NCBI RefSeq assembly: GCF_055900595.2
Contig: NZ_CM148325.1
DNA length: 64,000 nt
Direction: 5' to 3' (one strand)
The notes under the pieces were generated by a model that saw only the letters and a list, made by a program, of their open reading frames with translations, was not told where the DNA came from and ran no database searches. Below, piece by piece: positions 30,666-39,124 of the stretch (its first letter is position 1; each line of letters begins with the position of its first letter). A program made the translations under genes and the position numbers.

Positions 30666-31502
30666 ATGCCTGAACAGAAAAAAACATCCCGTAAAACATT
30701 CCGCGTGGCCGTTTCCGGTCCCACCGCAGACGGTCGCGAAATCAGTGCCGCAGATTTGCGCGCGGCGGCCAGTAACTTCAACCCTGAGATTTACGGCGCA
30801 CGCGTGAACGTGGAGCACTGGCTTTCACCGGTTCCGTCCAGTGAATTTTCCGCCATGGGTGATGTGACGGCACTGAGCACAGAAGAAATCACCGAAGGTC
30901 CGCTGGTCGGTCGTACTGCGCTGTATGCGGAAATCGAACCCACCGACCGCATGAAAAATCTGGTCTCCCGGGGTAAGAAAATTTACTCCAGTATTGAGCT
31001 GGCACGAAATTTCACCCCTACGGGCACCCCGTATCTTATTGGCCTTGCCATGACAGACACCCCGGCAAGCATCGGCACGGAGCGTCTTCAGTTCGCCCTG
31101 CAGCAGCGCCGTTCGGTCATGACCTTCAATAATCAGCAGACGGAAGCACCGATGTTCTCTGACGCCATTGAGGCTGAAGTGATCGAACTGACGGAGCGCC
31201 GCAGCGAGGAAGGTGCGCAGTGGCTTAACCGCGTGATGAACATGATTGGGCGAGGACGCAGGGCTGACGACACCCGGTTCTCCCGCATTCATGACGCCGT
31301 TGAGGGGATAGCCTCATCGCATGCCGACCTTCTCGACCGCTTCAGTGCACTGGAATCGCGCCATCAGGCAGACAGACAGAAAATCGCCACCCTGTCCACT
31401 GAGCTGGCAGAGCTGAAAAACAGACTGCGCGGACTGGACGCTGATCAGGAAAGTCGTTTTACGGCAACCGGCGGGCAGTCCAGACAACTGGCTGACTACT
31501 GA
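30666..31502 (+). CDS. O: capsid scaffolding protein (P2 gpO family)
   Basis: start at MPEQKKTSRK within the longer six-frame ORF; position between P and N. Confidence 0.8.
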   Translation: MPEQKKTSRKTFRVAVSGPTADGREISAADLRAAASNFNPEIYGARVNVEHWLSPVPSSEFSAMGDVTALSTEEITEGPLVGRTALYAEIEPTDRMKNLVSRGKKIYSSIELARNFTPTGTPYLIGLAMTDTPASIGTERLQFALQQRRSVMTFNNQQTEAPMFSDAIEAEVIELTERRSEEGAQWLNRVMNMIGRGRRADDTRFSRIHDAVEGIASSHADLLDRFSALESRHQADRQKIATLSTELAELKNRLRGLDADQESRFTATGGQSRQLADY

Positions 31503-31530
31503 CAGAAATAACCACAAGAGGTGATAACCG

Positions 31531-32670
31531 ATGAATCTGATCATGAGCGATGCCGCGCGGGCCGAGCTTTTTGCTTACCAGGCACAACAGGCGGAGATGA
31601 ATAACATCACGATATCTGCGCTCTCCTCCCGCTTTTCGGTACAGCCGGCAGTGCAGCAGAGATTTGAAAACGCATCAAAGGAAAGCCATGATTTTCTTCA
31701 GAAAGCCAACAGCATTGGTGTGACAGAGCAGAAAGGTGAAAAGGTACTCCTGGACACCACCGGGCCGGTTGCGCGCACGAACAGCAGTTATGACGGTACA
31801 AATCGTCGTAACCCGCTGAATGTGGTGGACATGAAAGCGCGACGCTATGAGTGCGAGCAGGTGAACTACGACACCTTCATCTCCTACCCTCAGCTTGACA
31901 TGTGGGCCGGACACCCTGACTTCCAGCTGCGTGTGAGTCGCCAGATTGCCAGACAGGTGGCACTTGATCGCATCATGACAGGTTTTAACGGTACGCACCA
32001 TGCGGAAGTCTCGGATATAAAAAAACACCCGCGACTTGAGGACGTCAATAAGGGGTGGCTGCAGGATATCAGGGACCAGGCCCCGCAACGCGTCATGAAA
32101 GACGTGATGCTGACTGCGCGCAATATGGACAATTCGGTGGCATACACAGGCAGATACGCCAATCCCGATGCACTGGTCCAGGATGCACGCTCATCCCTGC
32201 TTGATGAATGGCACAAGGACGCAGACGACCTCGTTGTCATCATGGGGCGAAACCTCTTTAACTCCCTGCGCCTGCCGGTCCTGAACAGTATCAGCATGCA
32301 GAATGCGAATGCCGAACTGCTTGCCGGACAGCTCATTGTGTCAACGCGGACCATTGGCGGCCTTGATGTGTACCTTGCGCCATTTTTCCCGGCTCAGTCA
32401 ATGCTCATCACCTCATTCAGCAACCTGTCGGTTTACTGGCAGAAGGGGTCCATGCGTCGTCTCATGAAGGATGAGCCCGAATACAACCGTATCGCCATCT
32501 ATCAGTCCGTTAACGACTGCTATGTGGTTGAGGACCATGGTAAGTGCGCACTGATTGAGAATATCAGCTTTGCCACATATGACCATGACGCGCCGGACTG
32601 GTACCGGGAGGGCATAAAAGCACTGTCAGCGCAGGCTGAAGACAAGGATGCAGGGGAAGAGGAGGATTAA
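31531..32670 (+). CDS. N: major capsid protein (P2 gpN family)
   Basis: 379 aa with clear similarity to P2 N as recalled. Confidence 0.85.
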   Translation: MNLIMSDAARAELFAYQAQQAEMNNITISALSSRFSVQPAVQQRFENASKESHDFLQKANSIGVTEQKGEKVLLDTTGPVARTNSSYDGTNRRNPLNVVDMKARRYECEQVNYDTFISYPQLDMWAGHPDFQLRVSRQIARQVALDRIMTGFNGTHHAEVSDIKKHPRLEDVNKGWLQDIRDQAPQRVMKDVMLTARNMDNSVAYTGRYANPDALVQDARSSLLDEWHKDADDLVVIMGRNLFNSLRLPVLNSISMQNANAELLAGQLIVSTRTIGGLDVYLAPFFPAQSMLITSFSNLSVYWQKGSMRRLMKDEPEYNRIAIYQSVNDCYVVEDHGKCALIENISFATYDHDAPDWYREGIKALSAQAEDKDAGEEED

Positions 32671-32672
32671 CC

Positions 32673-33449
32673 ATGCTGACACCGGCACAGGCTCATTTCC
32701 AGCACGTGATGGCTTTACGGGCAGGAACGGCAGCAGAAAACGAGGATATCGTGGCCCGCACGGCTCATGAGCAGGTCCTTCACCGTCTGCGCCTGGCACA
32801 GCAACGCATAAAGGGCGTCCAGGCAAAAGCGGCAAAGGCCGCGCTCAAGCGTGAAATGCTGCCGGGTTTTGCAGGCTGGATAGACGGCACGCTGGAAGCC
32901 GACGGCGGACAGCAGGATGAGGTGATAGCCACACTCATGGTGTGGGCCGTGGACTGTGGCGACCTGGCGCTTGCACTGCGCATCGGGGATTATGTGGTTC
33001 GCCACAACCTCACGATGCCTGACAACTTCGGGCGTACGGCAGCCACGGTACTGACCGAGGAAATCTGCAACCCTGTTCTGACACAGGCCGGAACGGATGC
33101 ACACGCCGATTTGTCCGGCTACATCGAACCGCTGGACACCCTCTGGCAAATTGTCGCGAACCGGGACATGCCCGATGAGGTCCGCGCCAAGCTGTGCAAG
33201 GCATGCGCCTTTGCCCGTCGTGGCCTGACCGATGCCGACAGCATGGCGGTGAGTCTGAAGCTGTTCCGTGAGGCAATGCACCTTAACCCGAATGCGGGGG
33301 TAAAACGTGAGATTGCCACGCTTTCACGGGCCCTGAAAAAGGCCGGACAGGATGAAGCCGCTGCCGCACAGGAGCCTGCGGCACAGAAAGATACAACCAG
33401 AGAACAGACCACGACGCCGAAGGCGAAAGCGAAGGCGAAACGTGGTTAA
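32673..33449 (+). CDS. M: terminase small (endonuclease) subunit (P2 gpM family)
   Basis: 258 aa, position after N. Confidence 0.8.
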   Translation: MLTPAQAHFQHVMALRAGTAAENEDIVARTAHEQVLHRLRLAQQRIKGVQAKAAKAALKREMLPGFAGWIDGTLEADGGQQDEVIATLMVWAVDCGDLALALRIGDYVVRHNLTMPDNFGRTAATVLTEEICNPVLTQAGTDAHADLSGYIEPLDTLWQIVANRDMPDEVRAKLCKACAFARRGLTDADSMAVSLKLFREAMHLNPNAGVKREIATLSRALKKAGQDEAAAAQEPAAQKDTTREQTTTPKAKAKAKRG

Positions 33450-33550
33450 CGGCTGACCCCGTCAGAAGGCGGCGTGCCGGGCGTTCCGGTTACGGTTTTC
33501 CGTTCCCCTTACACCCGGCACCCACCGCTTTTTTTCTGAAGGAGCGATTT

Positions 33551-34045
33551 ATGAGCATGGTCGCAAGACCGGAAGCCGCCCCTGCACGGGACGATATCCC
33601 CGACACCGACGACGGCGACGCCACCATCACCGCCGGGGCATTCTGGCCGGAGATTGTGCTGCGGGAGCTGCGCCTTGCAGTACGCCTGCCGGGCCGCATC
33701 ACCTCCACACGTCTGGCGCACGTTGCCACGGGAGCCGTGGCTCACGTCACGCGGGAGCTGGAAGAGTGGCAGAAGGCGCAGTCTGCCGCAGGGTTCAGCA
33801 TCCTCGCAGAAGTGCCTGCCGCCACCATCAACGGTGAGAGCGTCAACGTATGGCATTACCGCAACGCCGTCTACAGCGCCACCCGCGCCCTGATTCTGGA
33901 ACGCTGGCGGGATGTGGACACCACTGATAAAGGGGACCGCCGGGCTGACGCACTGGATGAGCAGATGGAAGACTTATGGCGCGATGTGCGCTGGTCCGTG
34001 GCAGATATTCTGGGTCGCCCCCGTCTTTTTGCGGAGCTGGTGTGA
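33551..34045 (+). CDS. L: head completion protein (P2 gpL family)
   Basis: 164 aa, position and size. Confidence 0.75.
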   Translation: MSMVARPEAAPARDDIPDTDDGDATITAGAFWPEIVLRELRLAVRLPGRITSTRLAHVATGAVAHVTRELEEWQKAQSAAGFSILAEVPAATINGESVNVWHYRNAVYSATRALILERWRDVDTTDKGDRRADALDEQMEDLWRDVRWSVADILGRPRLFAELV

Positions 34046-34242
34046 TGAAAGTGAGGGCACTCCAGGGGGATACCGTCGATTTACTCTGTTTCCGGCACTA
34101 CGGCACCACGCAGGGGGTGACCGCACAGGTACTTGATGCCAATCCAGGGCTCTGCCGCCAGGTAATTCTGGAAGCGGGACAGGAGGTGGAGATGCCGGAG
34201 CCGGAAAGGAAACAGCAACGCGAAAAGGTAAAGCTATGGTGA
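34045..34242 (+). CDS. X: tail protein X
   Basis: 65 aa from MKVRALQGDTVD; ATGA-type coupling to L. Confidence 0.7.
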   Translation: MKVRALQGDTVDLLCFRHYGTTQGVTAQVLDANPGLCRQVILEAGQEVEMPEPERKQQREKVKLW

Positions 34243-34526
34243 CGGGATTTTTTCAGCGCGTCAGTGACTGGATCACCTTCTGGGCGTCAGTGACGGCAAC
34301 AACCATTGGTGTTATGACCATCAGCGAAAAAATTGCGCTGGCCGGGCTGCTTCTGGGGTCACTTTCCGCCATCCATGCCTGGTGCCACCGCAGGCGTACG
34401 GAGCAGGCAATGAAGCGCCGCAATGACCTTATCGCCCGCATCCTGGCACGTTCAGAAAACCGCGAGCTTCACGACGGTGAGAGACGGGCACTGGACAGCG
34501 TGAGACAGGACGGAGAAGAGCGGTGA
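34236..34526 (+). CDS. holin (putative)
   Basis: 96 aa, hydrophobic helices followed by charged tail, directly upstream of endolysin. Confidence 0.65.
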   Translation: MVTGFFQRVSDWITFWASVTATTIGVMTISEKIALAGLLLGSLSAIHAWCHRRRTEQAMKRRNDLIARILARSENRELHDGERRALDSVRQDGEER

Positions 34527-35068
34527 AACTGCCGGTAAAACGTTATGCGGTGGCGGCCATTGTGGCGCTGGGCGTCTCCATGGCACCCGGTGAACTGAGA
34601 ACCTCACGGGAAGCACAGATAAAAATCGCCACCCGGGAAGAGTGCCGGGCGACACCGTACCGTGATATTGCAGGAGTAATGACCGTGGGATGTGGTTCAA
34701 CAGGGGGCGTGGAGAACCGGGTTTACGGAGAAAAGGAGGTGGCCCGCCGCTGGGTGAATGACCTGCGGCACGCGGAAAACTGTATCAACCAGAACTTCAG
34801 CGGTGCCGCCATGCCCCAGTCCGCCTTTGAGGCGATGACCGACGCGGCGTTCAACGTCGGCTGTACCGGCCTGATGTGGTACCGGGACAGGAGCGGCAAC
34901 CGGCAGCGCACCACCATCTGGAAGCACGCACAGGCGCACCGCTGGGTGGCGATGTGCGGGAGACTGACCGATTTTGTCAACAGTGGCGGACGCCGCTCAC
35001 AGGGGCTGGTTAACCGCCGGGAGGAGTTCAGACAGTGGTGTCTTCGCGACACGGGAGGCAGCACATGA
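34523..35068 (+). CDS. signal-anchor-release (SAR) type lysozyme endolysin (putative)
   Basis: 181 aa; N-terminal hydrophobic segment YAVAAIVALGVSMAPG followed by E-8-D-5-T catalytic pattern (EECRATPYRDIAGVMT). Confidence 0.7.
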   Translation: MKLPVKRYAVAAIVALGVSMAPGELRTSREAQIKIATREECRATPYRDIAGVMTVGCGSTGGVENRVYGEKEVARRWVNDLRHAENCINQNFSGAAMPQSAFEAMTDAAFNVGCTGLMWYRDRSGNRQRTTIWKHAQAHRWVAMCGRLTDFVNSGGRRSQGLVNRREEFRQWCLRDTGGST

Positions 35069-35472
35069 GACCGGTTTACGCCGTGATTGTTGCCCTCATG
35101 GTGACCACCCTGACGGCGGCGGCCATGTGGCAGTCATACCGGCTGGGGCGTGCCGGTGAGGCACGTGACGCCGCAGAGCAGCAGCTGGGCGAATACAGCC
35201 GGGCGCTGCGTGAGTCCTCCGCCGTTATCAGCGATGCCTCCGCCGTACTGCATGAGGTGATGACGCAGCGACAGAAAAGGGCACAGGAAGGAGAAGTCAG
35301 ACGTGAACAGCTTCGCGAAATTGCTGCGACGGATGAGTGCGCCGGCACTCTTCCTGACCACCGTTTTACTGACCGGCTGCGCGAACACACGGAACGCGCC
35401 ACTGCCCGCGCCCTCCTTCCGGTTCATTCCGGCGGGACTGACGACGGGAACACGGCCCCCGCCCTTCCCTGA
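35065..35472 (+). CDS. i-spanin (Rz/LysB-like)
   Basis: 135 aa from MRPVYAVIVALMV, N-terminal TM then charged coiled-coil domain; ATGA overlap with endolysin stop. Confidence 0.65.
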   Translation: MRPVYAVIVALMVTTLTAAAMWQSYRLGRAGEARDAAEQQLGEYSRALRESSAVISDASAVLHEVMTQRQKRAQEGEVRREQLREIAATDECAGTLPDHRFTDRLREHTERATARALLPVHSGGTDDGNTAPALP

Positions 35473-35617
35473 ACACCCCACCTGGGGAAATATCGGGATA
35501 TGGAGCGACAGCCTCCTGGATGCACTGGAAACCTGCAACGCAGACAAACGGGCCATTGAGGCGATGGAGCGCCGGAGACTCAACCGACAGAACGGAGAGG
35601 CGCATGCTGAAAAGTAA
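35333..35617 (+). CDS. o-spanin lipoprotein (Rz1/LysC-like), overlapping the i-spanin gene in another frame
   Basis: lipobox LLTGC, Pro-rich; starts inside the i-spanin gene and extends past its stop. Confidence 0.6.
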   Translation: MSAPALFLTTVLLTGCANTRNAPLPAPSFRFIPAGLTTGTRPPPFPEHPTWGNIGIWSDSLLDALETCNADKRAIEAMERRRLNRQNGEAHAEK

Positions 35618-36068
35618 ATCCCTGAGCACACACATGAGTACAGCGTGCCGGTGGTGCAGGGCCAACCCGGAAAAGTTCACCGTGTTCATTGAACGTGGCG
35701 GGATAGAGACCACCGGCGAGACGCCGACGTTCGTGTACAACTACCGGCTGGTGATGTTCGTGATGGACTACACGGGCGATCTGGACAACCTGACGCTTCC
35801 ACTGATTGTCTGGCTGGCAGAGAACCAGCCGCAGTTGCTGCTTAATCCTGAGCGCAACAACGATATTCAGTTCACGGCGGCCATTAACGACGACGACAGC
35901 GCGGACGTGCTGTTTGAGCTGCCGTTACGTGAACGCGTGCGCGTCACCCGCAGGGATGACGGCACCCTCATGACAGAACATCTACCGGAGCCGAAATCAC
36001 GCATCCCGCAGGACGGCGACTGGTCACACATTCTGGAGGATGTGACGTGGAACATTGTCACCGGATAA
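35604..36068 (+). CDS. R: tail completion protein (P2 gpR family)
   Basis: 154 aa from MLKSKSLSTHM; position. Confidence 0.65.
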   Translation: MLKSKSLSTHMSTACRWCRANPEKFTVFIERGGIETTGETPTFVYNYRLVMFVMDYTGDLDNLTLPLIVWLAENQPQLLLNPERNNDIQFTAAINDDDSADVLFELPLRERVRVTRRDDGTLMTEHLPEPKSRIPQDGDWSHILEDVTWNIVTG

Positions 36069-36083
36069 CACGCGGAGAATGTT

Positions 36084-36740
36084 ATGGGGAAACTGAGATA
36101 CCGTAACCTCGTTCCCGCTGAAGGAATGAGTAACATGTTTGTCAATATCCGGCTGGCAACCAGCCCGCAGGCAGTGAAGCGCATTGCCGCGCATGTGGGT
36201 AAGGAGCTGCGGCGCGTGAACCAGAGCCGGATGCGCGCCCAGAAAGCGCCGGACGGTTCGGTGTGGACACGCCGTAAACGCCGTATATCACGCCTTCAGG
36301 AGCGCATCAGCTTTATCTGGCAAAACCAGAACCGCACCCTGAAAAACTGGCATCACGGTTCAGGAAAATACGGCCAGACCATCACCGGCTGGGATGAAGA
36401 CCGGAGCGGCATACGTACCTTTTACCGGAGTGATATCCTCCGTTTCCTTGAAATCAGGACACGCCGCATCAACCGTGACACCACAAAAACGGTGCCGATG
36501 TTTGCGAAGCTGCGCACGGCCCGTTATCTGAAAGTGAAGGCGGACGCATCAGGCGTGACGGTGGGCTACAGCGGCGTGGCGGCACGCATTGCCCGCGTTC
36601 ACCAGTTCGGGGAGCGCGACCGGGTGGCCGCAGGGATGTATACGGATTATCCGGCCCGTGAACTTCTTGGAATAACACCGGCAGATGAACGACTTATTCA
36701 GCGTATCATTATGGACAATATCGCGAGGGCTGTGGCATGA
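36084..36740 (+). CDS. S: tail completion protein (P2 gpS-like)
   Basis: position between R and V; start uncertain. Confidence 0.6.
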   Translation: MGKLRYRNLVPAEGMSNMFVNIRLATSPQAVKRIAAHVGKELRRVNQSRMRAQKAPDGSVWTRRKRRISRLQERISFIWQNQNRTLKNWHHGSGKYGQTITGWDEDRSGIRTFYRSDILRFLEIRTRRINRDTTKTVPMFAKLRTARYLKVKADASGVTVGYSGVAARIARVHQFGERDRVAAGMYTDYPARELLGITPADERLIQRIIMDNIARAVA

Positions 36741-37318
36741 ACGCGGAATTAATGCGCCTTATCAGCAACATCATCAGAACCGGCGTGATTTTCGACGTGA
36801 ACCCGCAGACCTGGGAGGTCCGGGTGCGCAGTGGCGGACTGGAGACAGGCTGGCTTCGCTGGAGCACCGCGCGGGCGGGCGCGTTCAGTGTCTGGGTGCC
36901 GCCAGCCACCGGTGAACAGGTGGCGTTCGTCTGTATCGGTGGTAATCCCGAAACCGCGATAATCATCGGCAGCCTCTGGAGCGATGATATCCCGGCACCG
37001 GGCAGCACACTGAAGGAAATCATCATGACAGCACCGGACGGTGCGGTATTCCGCTACGATGCAGACGCCGGTGCACTGGAGGTTAAGGGGATTAAAACAG
37101 CCAGCATTCAGGCCGACACGCGCATCACCCTGGACACGTCGGAGGTGGTGTGTACCCGCAAACTTATCACCGCCACCCTGGAGGTGCAGAACGGCGGCGA
37201 GATGCGCGGCAGCATATCCCACAGCGGCGGCAGCCTGACATCCAACGGTATCACCGTTCATACGCACACCCACGGTGGCGTCAGGACGGGCCCGGGCACC
37301 ACGGGAGGCCCGCAATGA
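36737..37318 (+). CDS. V: baseplate assembly protein V (spike)
   Basis: 193 aa, P2 V-like. Confidence 0.8.
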   Translation: MNAELMRLISNIIRTGVIFDVNPQTWEVRVRSGGLETGWLRWSTARAGAFSVWVPPATGEQVAFVCIGGNPETAIIIGSLWSDDIPAPGSTLKEIIMTAPDGAVFRYDADAGALEVKGIKTASIQADTRITLDTSEVVCTRKLITATLEVQNGGEMRGSISHSGGSLTSNGITVHTHTHGGVRTGPGTTGGPQ

Positions 37319-37665
37319 CCGCTGTTTACAGGGGGATGAACCCGCAGGGAACCGGCACGCTGAGCGACAGCGAACACCTGAAAAACAGCGTGCGGGATAT
37401 CCTGACCACACCGCCAGGCAGCCGGGTGATGCGCCGCGAATACGGCAGCCTGTTACCGGACCTCATCGACGAGCCCATGAACGACACCACGCGTTTACAG
37501 TGCATGAGCGCCACGGTGACTGCGCTGGCGCGCCATGAACCCCGTATAGCACTGCAGAACGTCGATGTGAACTGGCGGGCTGGCGGACGCGCCGTGGTGA
37601 CGTTATCCGGCATCATCACCGAAACCATGCAGAACATCACATTCAGTATCACCCTGAGGGAGTAA
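37315..37665 (+). CDS. W: baseplate protein W (gp25-like)
   Basis: 116 aa from MTAVYRGMNPQG; overlap with V stop. Confidence 0.8.
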   Translation: MTAVYRGMNPQGTGTLSDSEHLKNSVRDILTTPPGSRVMRREYGSLLPDLIDEPMNDTTRLQCMSATVTALARHEPRIALQNVDVNWRAGGRAVVTLSGIITETMQNITFSITLRE

Positions 37666-37668
37666 ATC

Positions 37669-38565
37669 ATGCCTTCCGTTGACCTGTCACAGTTACCGGA
37701 ACCGGCCATCATCGCGCAGCCGGATTTTGAGTCCATCCTGGCAGACATTAAAACCATGATGGTGAGCTCCTTCCCGGAAGAATACCGCGCCGCCGTCACC
37801 CGTGCCCTTACTCTGGAATCCGAGCCATTGAACATCATTTCCCAGGCCATGGCCTTTCGTGAAATGCTGCTTCGCCAGCGCATCAATGAAGCCGCCCGCG
37901 CCTGCATGCTCAGCCTCAGCCGGGGCAGTGACCTGGACAATCTGGCCGCCAACAACAACACCCGCCGCCTGGTCATTCATCCGGCCACTGATACCACGGA
38001 AGCAGTGATGGAAAGCGACACATCGCTGCGTCTGCGTGCCCAGTCAGCCTGGGACGGCCTGAGTGTGGCCGGACCGTCCGGCGCGTATGAGTATTTTGCC
38101 CGGAGCGCAAGCGGTCTTGTCCGTGATGCGCGCGCCATCAGCCCGTCACCGGCCACAGTCACCGTCTCCATCCTGTCAGCAGACGGTGACGGCACCGCCG
38201 GTGAGGCGTTACTGAACACGGTGCGCACCGCCCTGAATGCCGAGAACGTGCGCCCGGTTGCCGACCGCCTGACTGTGCAGAGTGCTACCATCGTGAACTG
38301 GGTAATGGAAGCGAAGCTGTATTTTTATCCAGGGCCGGAGTCTGAACCCATGCTTGCGGCCGCTGACGCCGCTTTCCGTGCATGGCTGGCAGACCAGGGC
38401 CGTATCGGTCAGGACGTGGCCCTGTCAGCCATCACTGCAGCGCTGCATGTTCACGGTGTCCAGCGCGTTGAGGTCATAAAACCCACGCAGAACATCACCA
38501 TCAGTGACACTCAGGCAGCCAGATGTACCACATTCAGCATCAGCGAAGGAGGACGCAATGAGTGA
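37669..38565 (+). CDS. J: baseplate assembly protein J
   Basis: 298 aa, P2 J-like. Confidence 0.8.
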   Translation: MPSVDLSQLPEPAIIAQPDFESILADIKTMMVSSFPEEYRAAVTRALTLESEPLNIISQAMAFREMLLRQRINEAARACMLSLSRGSDLDNLAANNNTRRLVIHPATDTTEAVMESDTSLRLRAQSAWDGLSVAGPSGAYEYFARSASGLVRDARAISPSPATVTVSILSADGDGTAGEALLNTVRTALNAENVRPVADRLTVQSATIVNWVMEAKLYFYPGPESEPMLAAADAAFRAWLADQGRIGQDVALSAITAALHVHGVQRVEVIKPTQNITISDTQAARCTTFSISEGGRNE

Positions 38566-39121
38566 CAGGAAAAAAACAGACAGCGCACAGCACAGTACAT
38601 CACTGCTTCCACCGTCCGCAGGGCCATTCATGCGCGCCACAGAGGCGACAGGAGTACGCATCAGTACCATACCGGTGGACGCCGACACCCTGTGGTCGCC
38701 GGACCGCTGCCCTGCTCACCTCCTGCCCTACCTTGCATGGGCATGTTCCGTTGACTGCTGGGACCGCAACTGGCCGGAAGAGACCAGGCGACAGGTGATT
38801 CGGGACGCATGGATGATACATCGCCACAAAGGGACCATCAGTGCACTCCGCCGCATCGTTGAACCACTGGGCTACCTCATCCGTGTATCAGAATGGTGGG
38901 AGTTTGACGGCTCGCCCGGGACCTTCACCATTGAGATTGGCACACTTGAAACCGGAGTAAGTGAAGAGCTGCATGAAGAAATGGAGCGTCTGATTGCCGA
39001 TGCGCGCCCCGTCAGCCGCCACCTCGTGGGGCTTAGTATCATCCAGGAAATACACGGTGCCATTTACGACGCTGCCGCAGGTTACGACGGCGACATCATC
39101 ACCATTTACCCGGAAGACTGA
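38558..39121 (+). CDS. I: baseplate/tail fibre-associated protein I
   Basis: 187 aa from MSDRKKTD. Confidence 0.75.
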   Translation: MSDRKKTDSAQHSTSLLPPSAGPFMRATEATGVRISTIPVDADTLWSPDRCPAHLLPYLAWACSVDCWDRNWPEETRRQVIRDAWMIHRHKGTISALRRIVEPLGYLIRVSEWWEFDGSPGTFTIEIGTLETGVSEELHEEMERLIADARPVSRHLVGLSIIQEIHGAIYDAAAGYDGDIITIYPED

Positions 39122-39124
39122 ACC

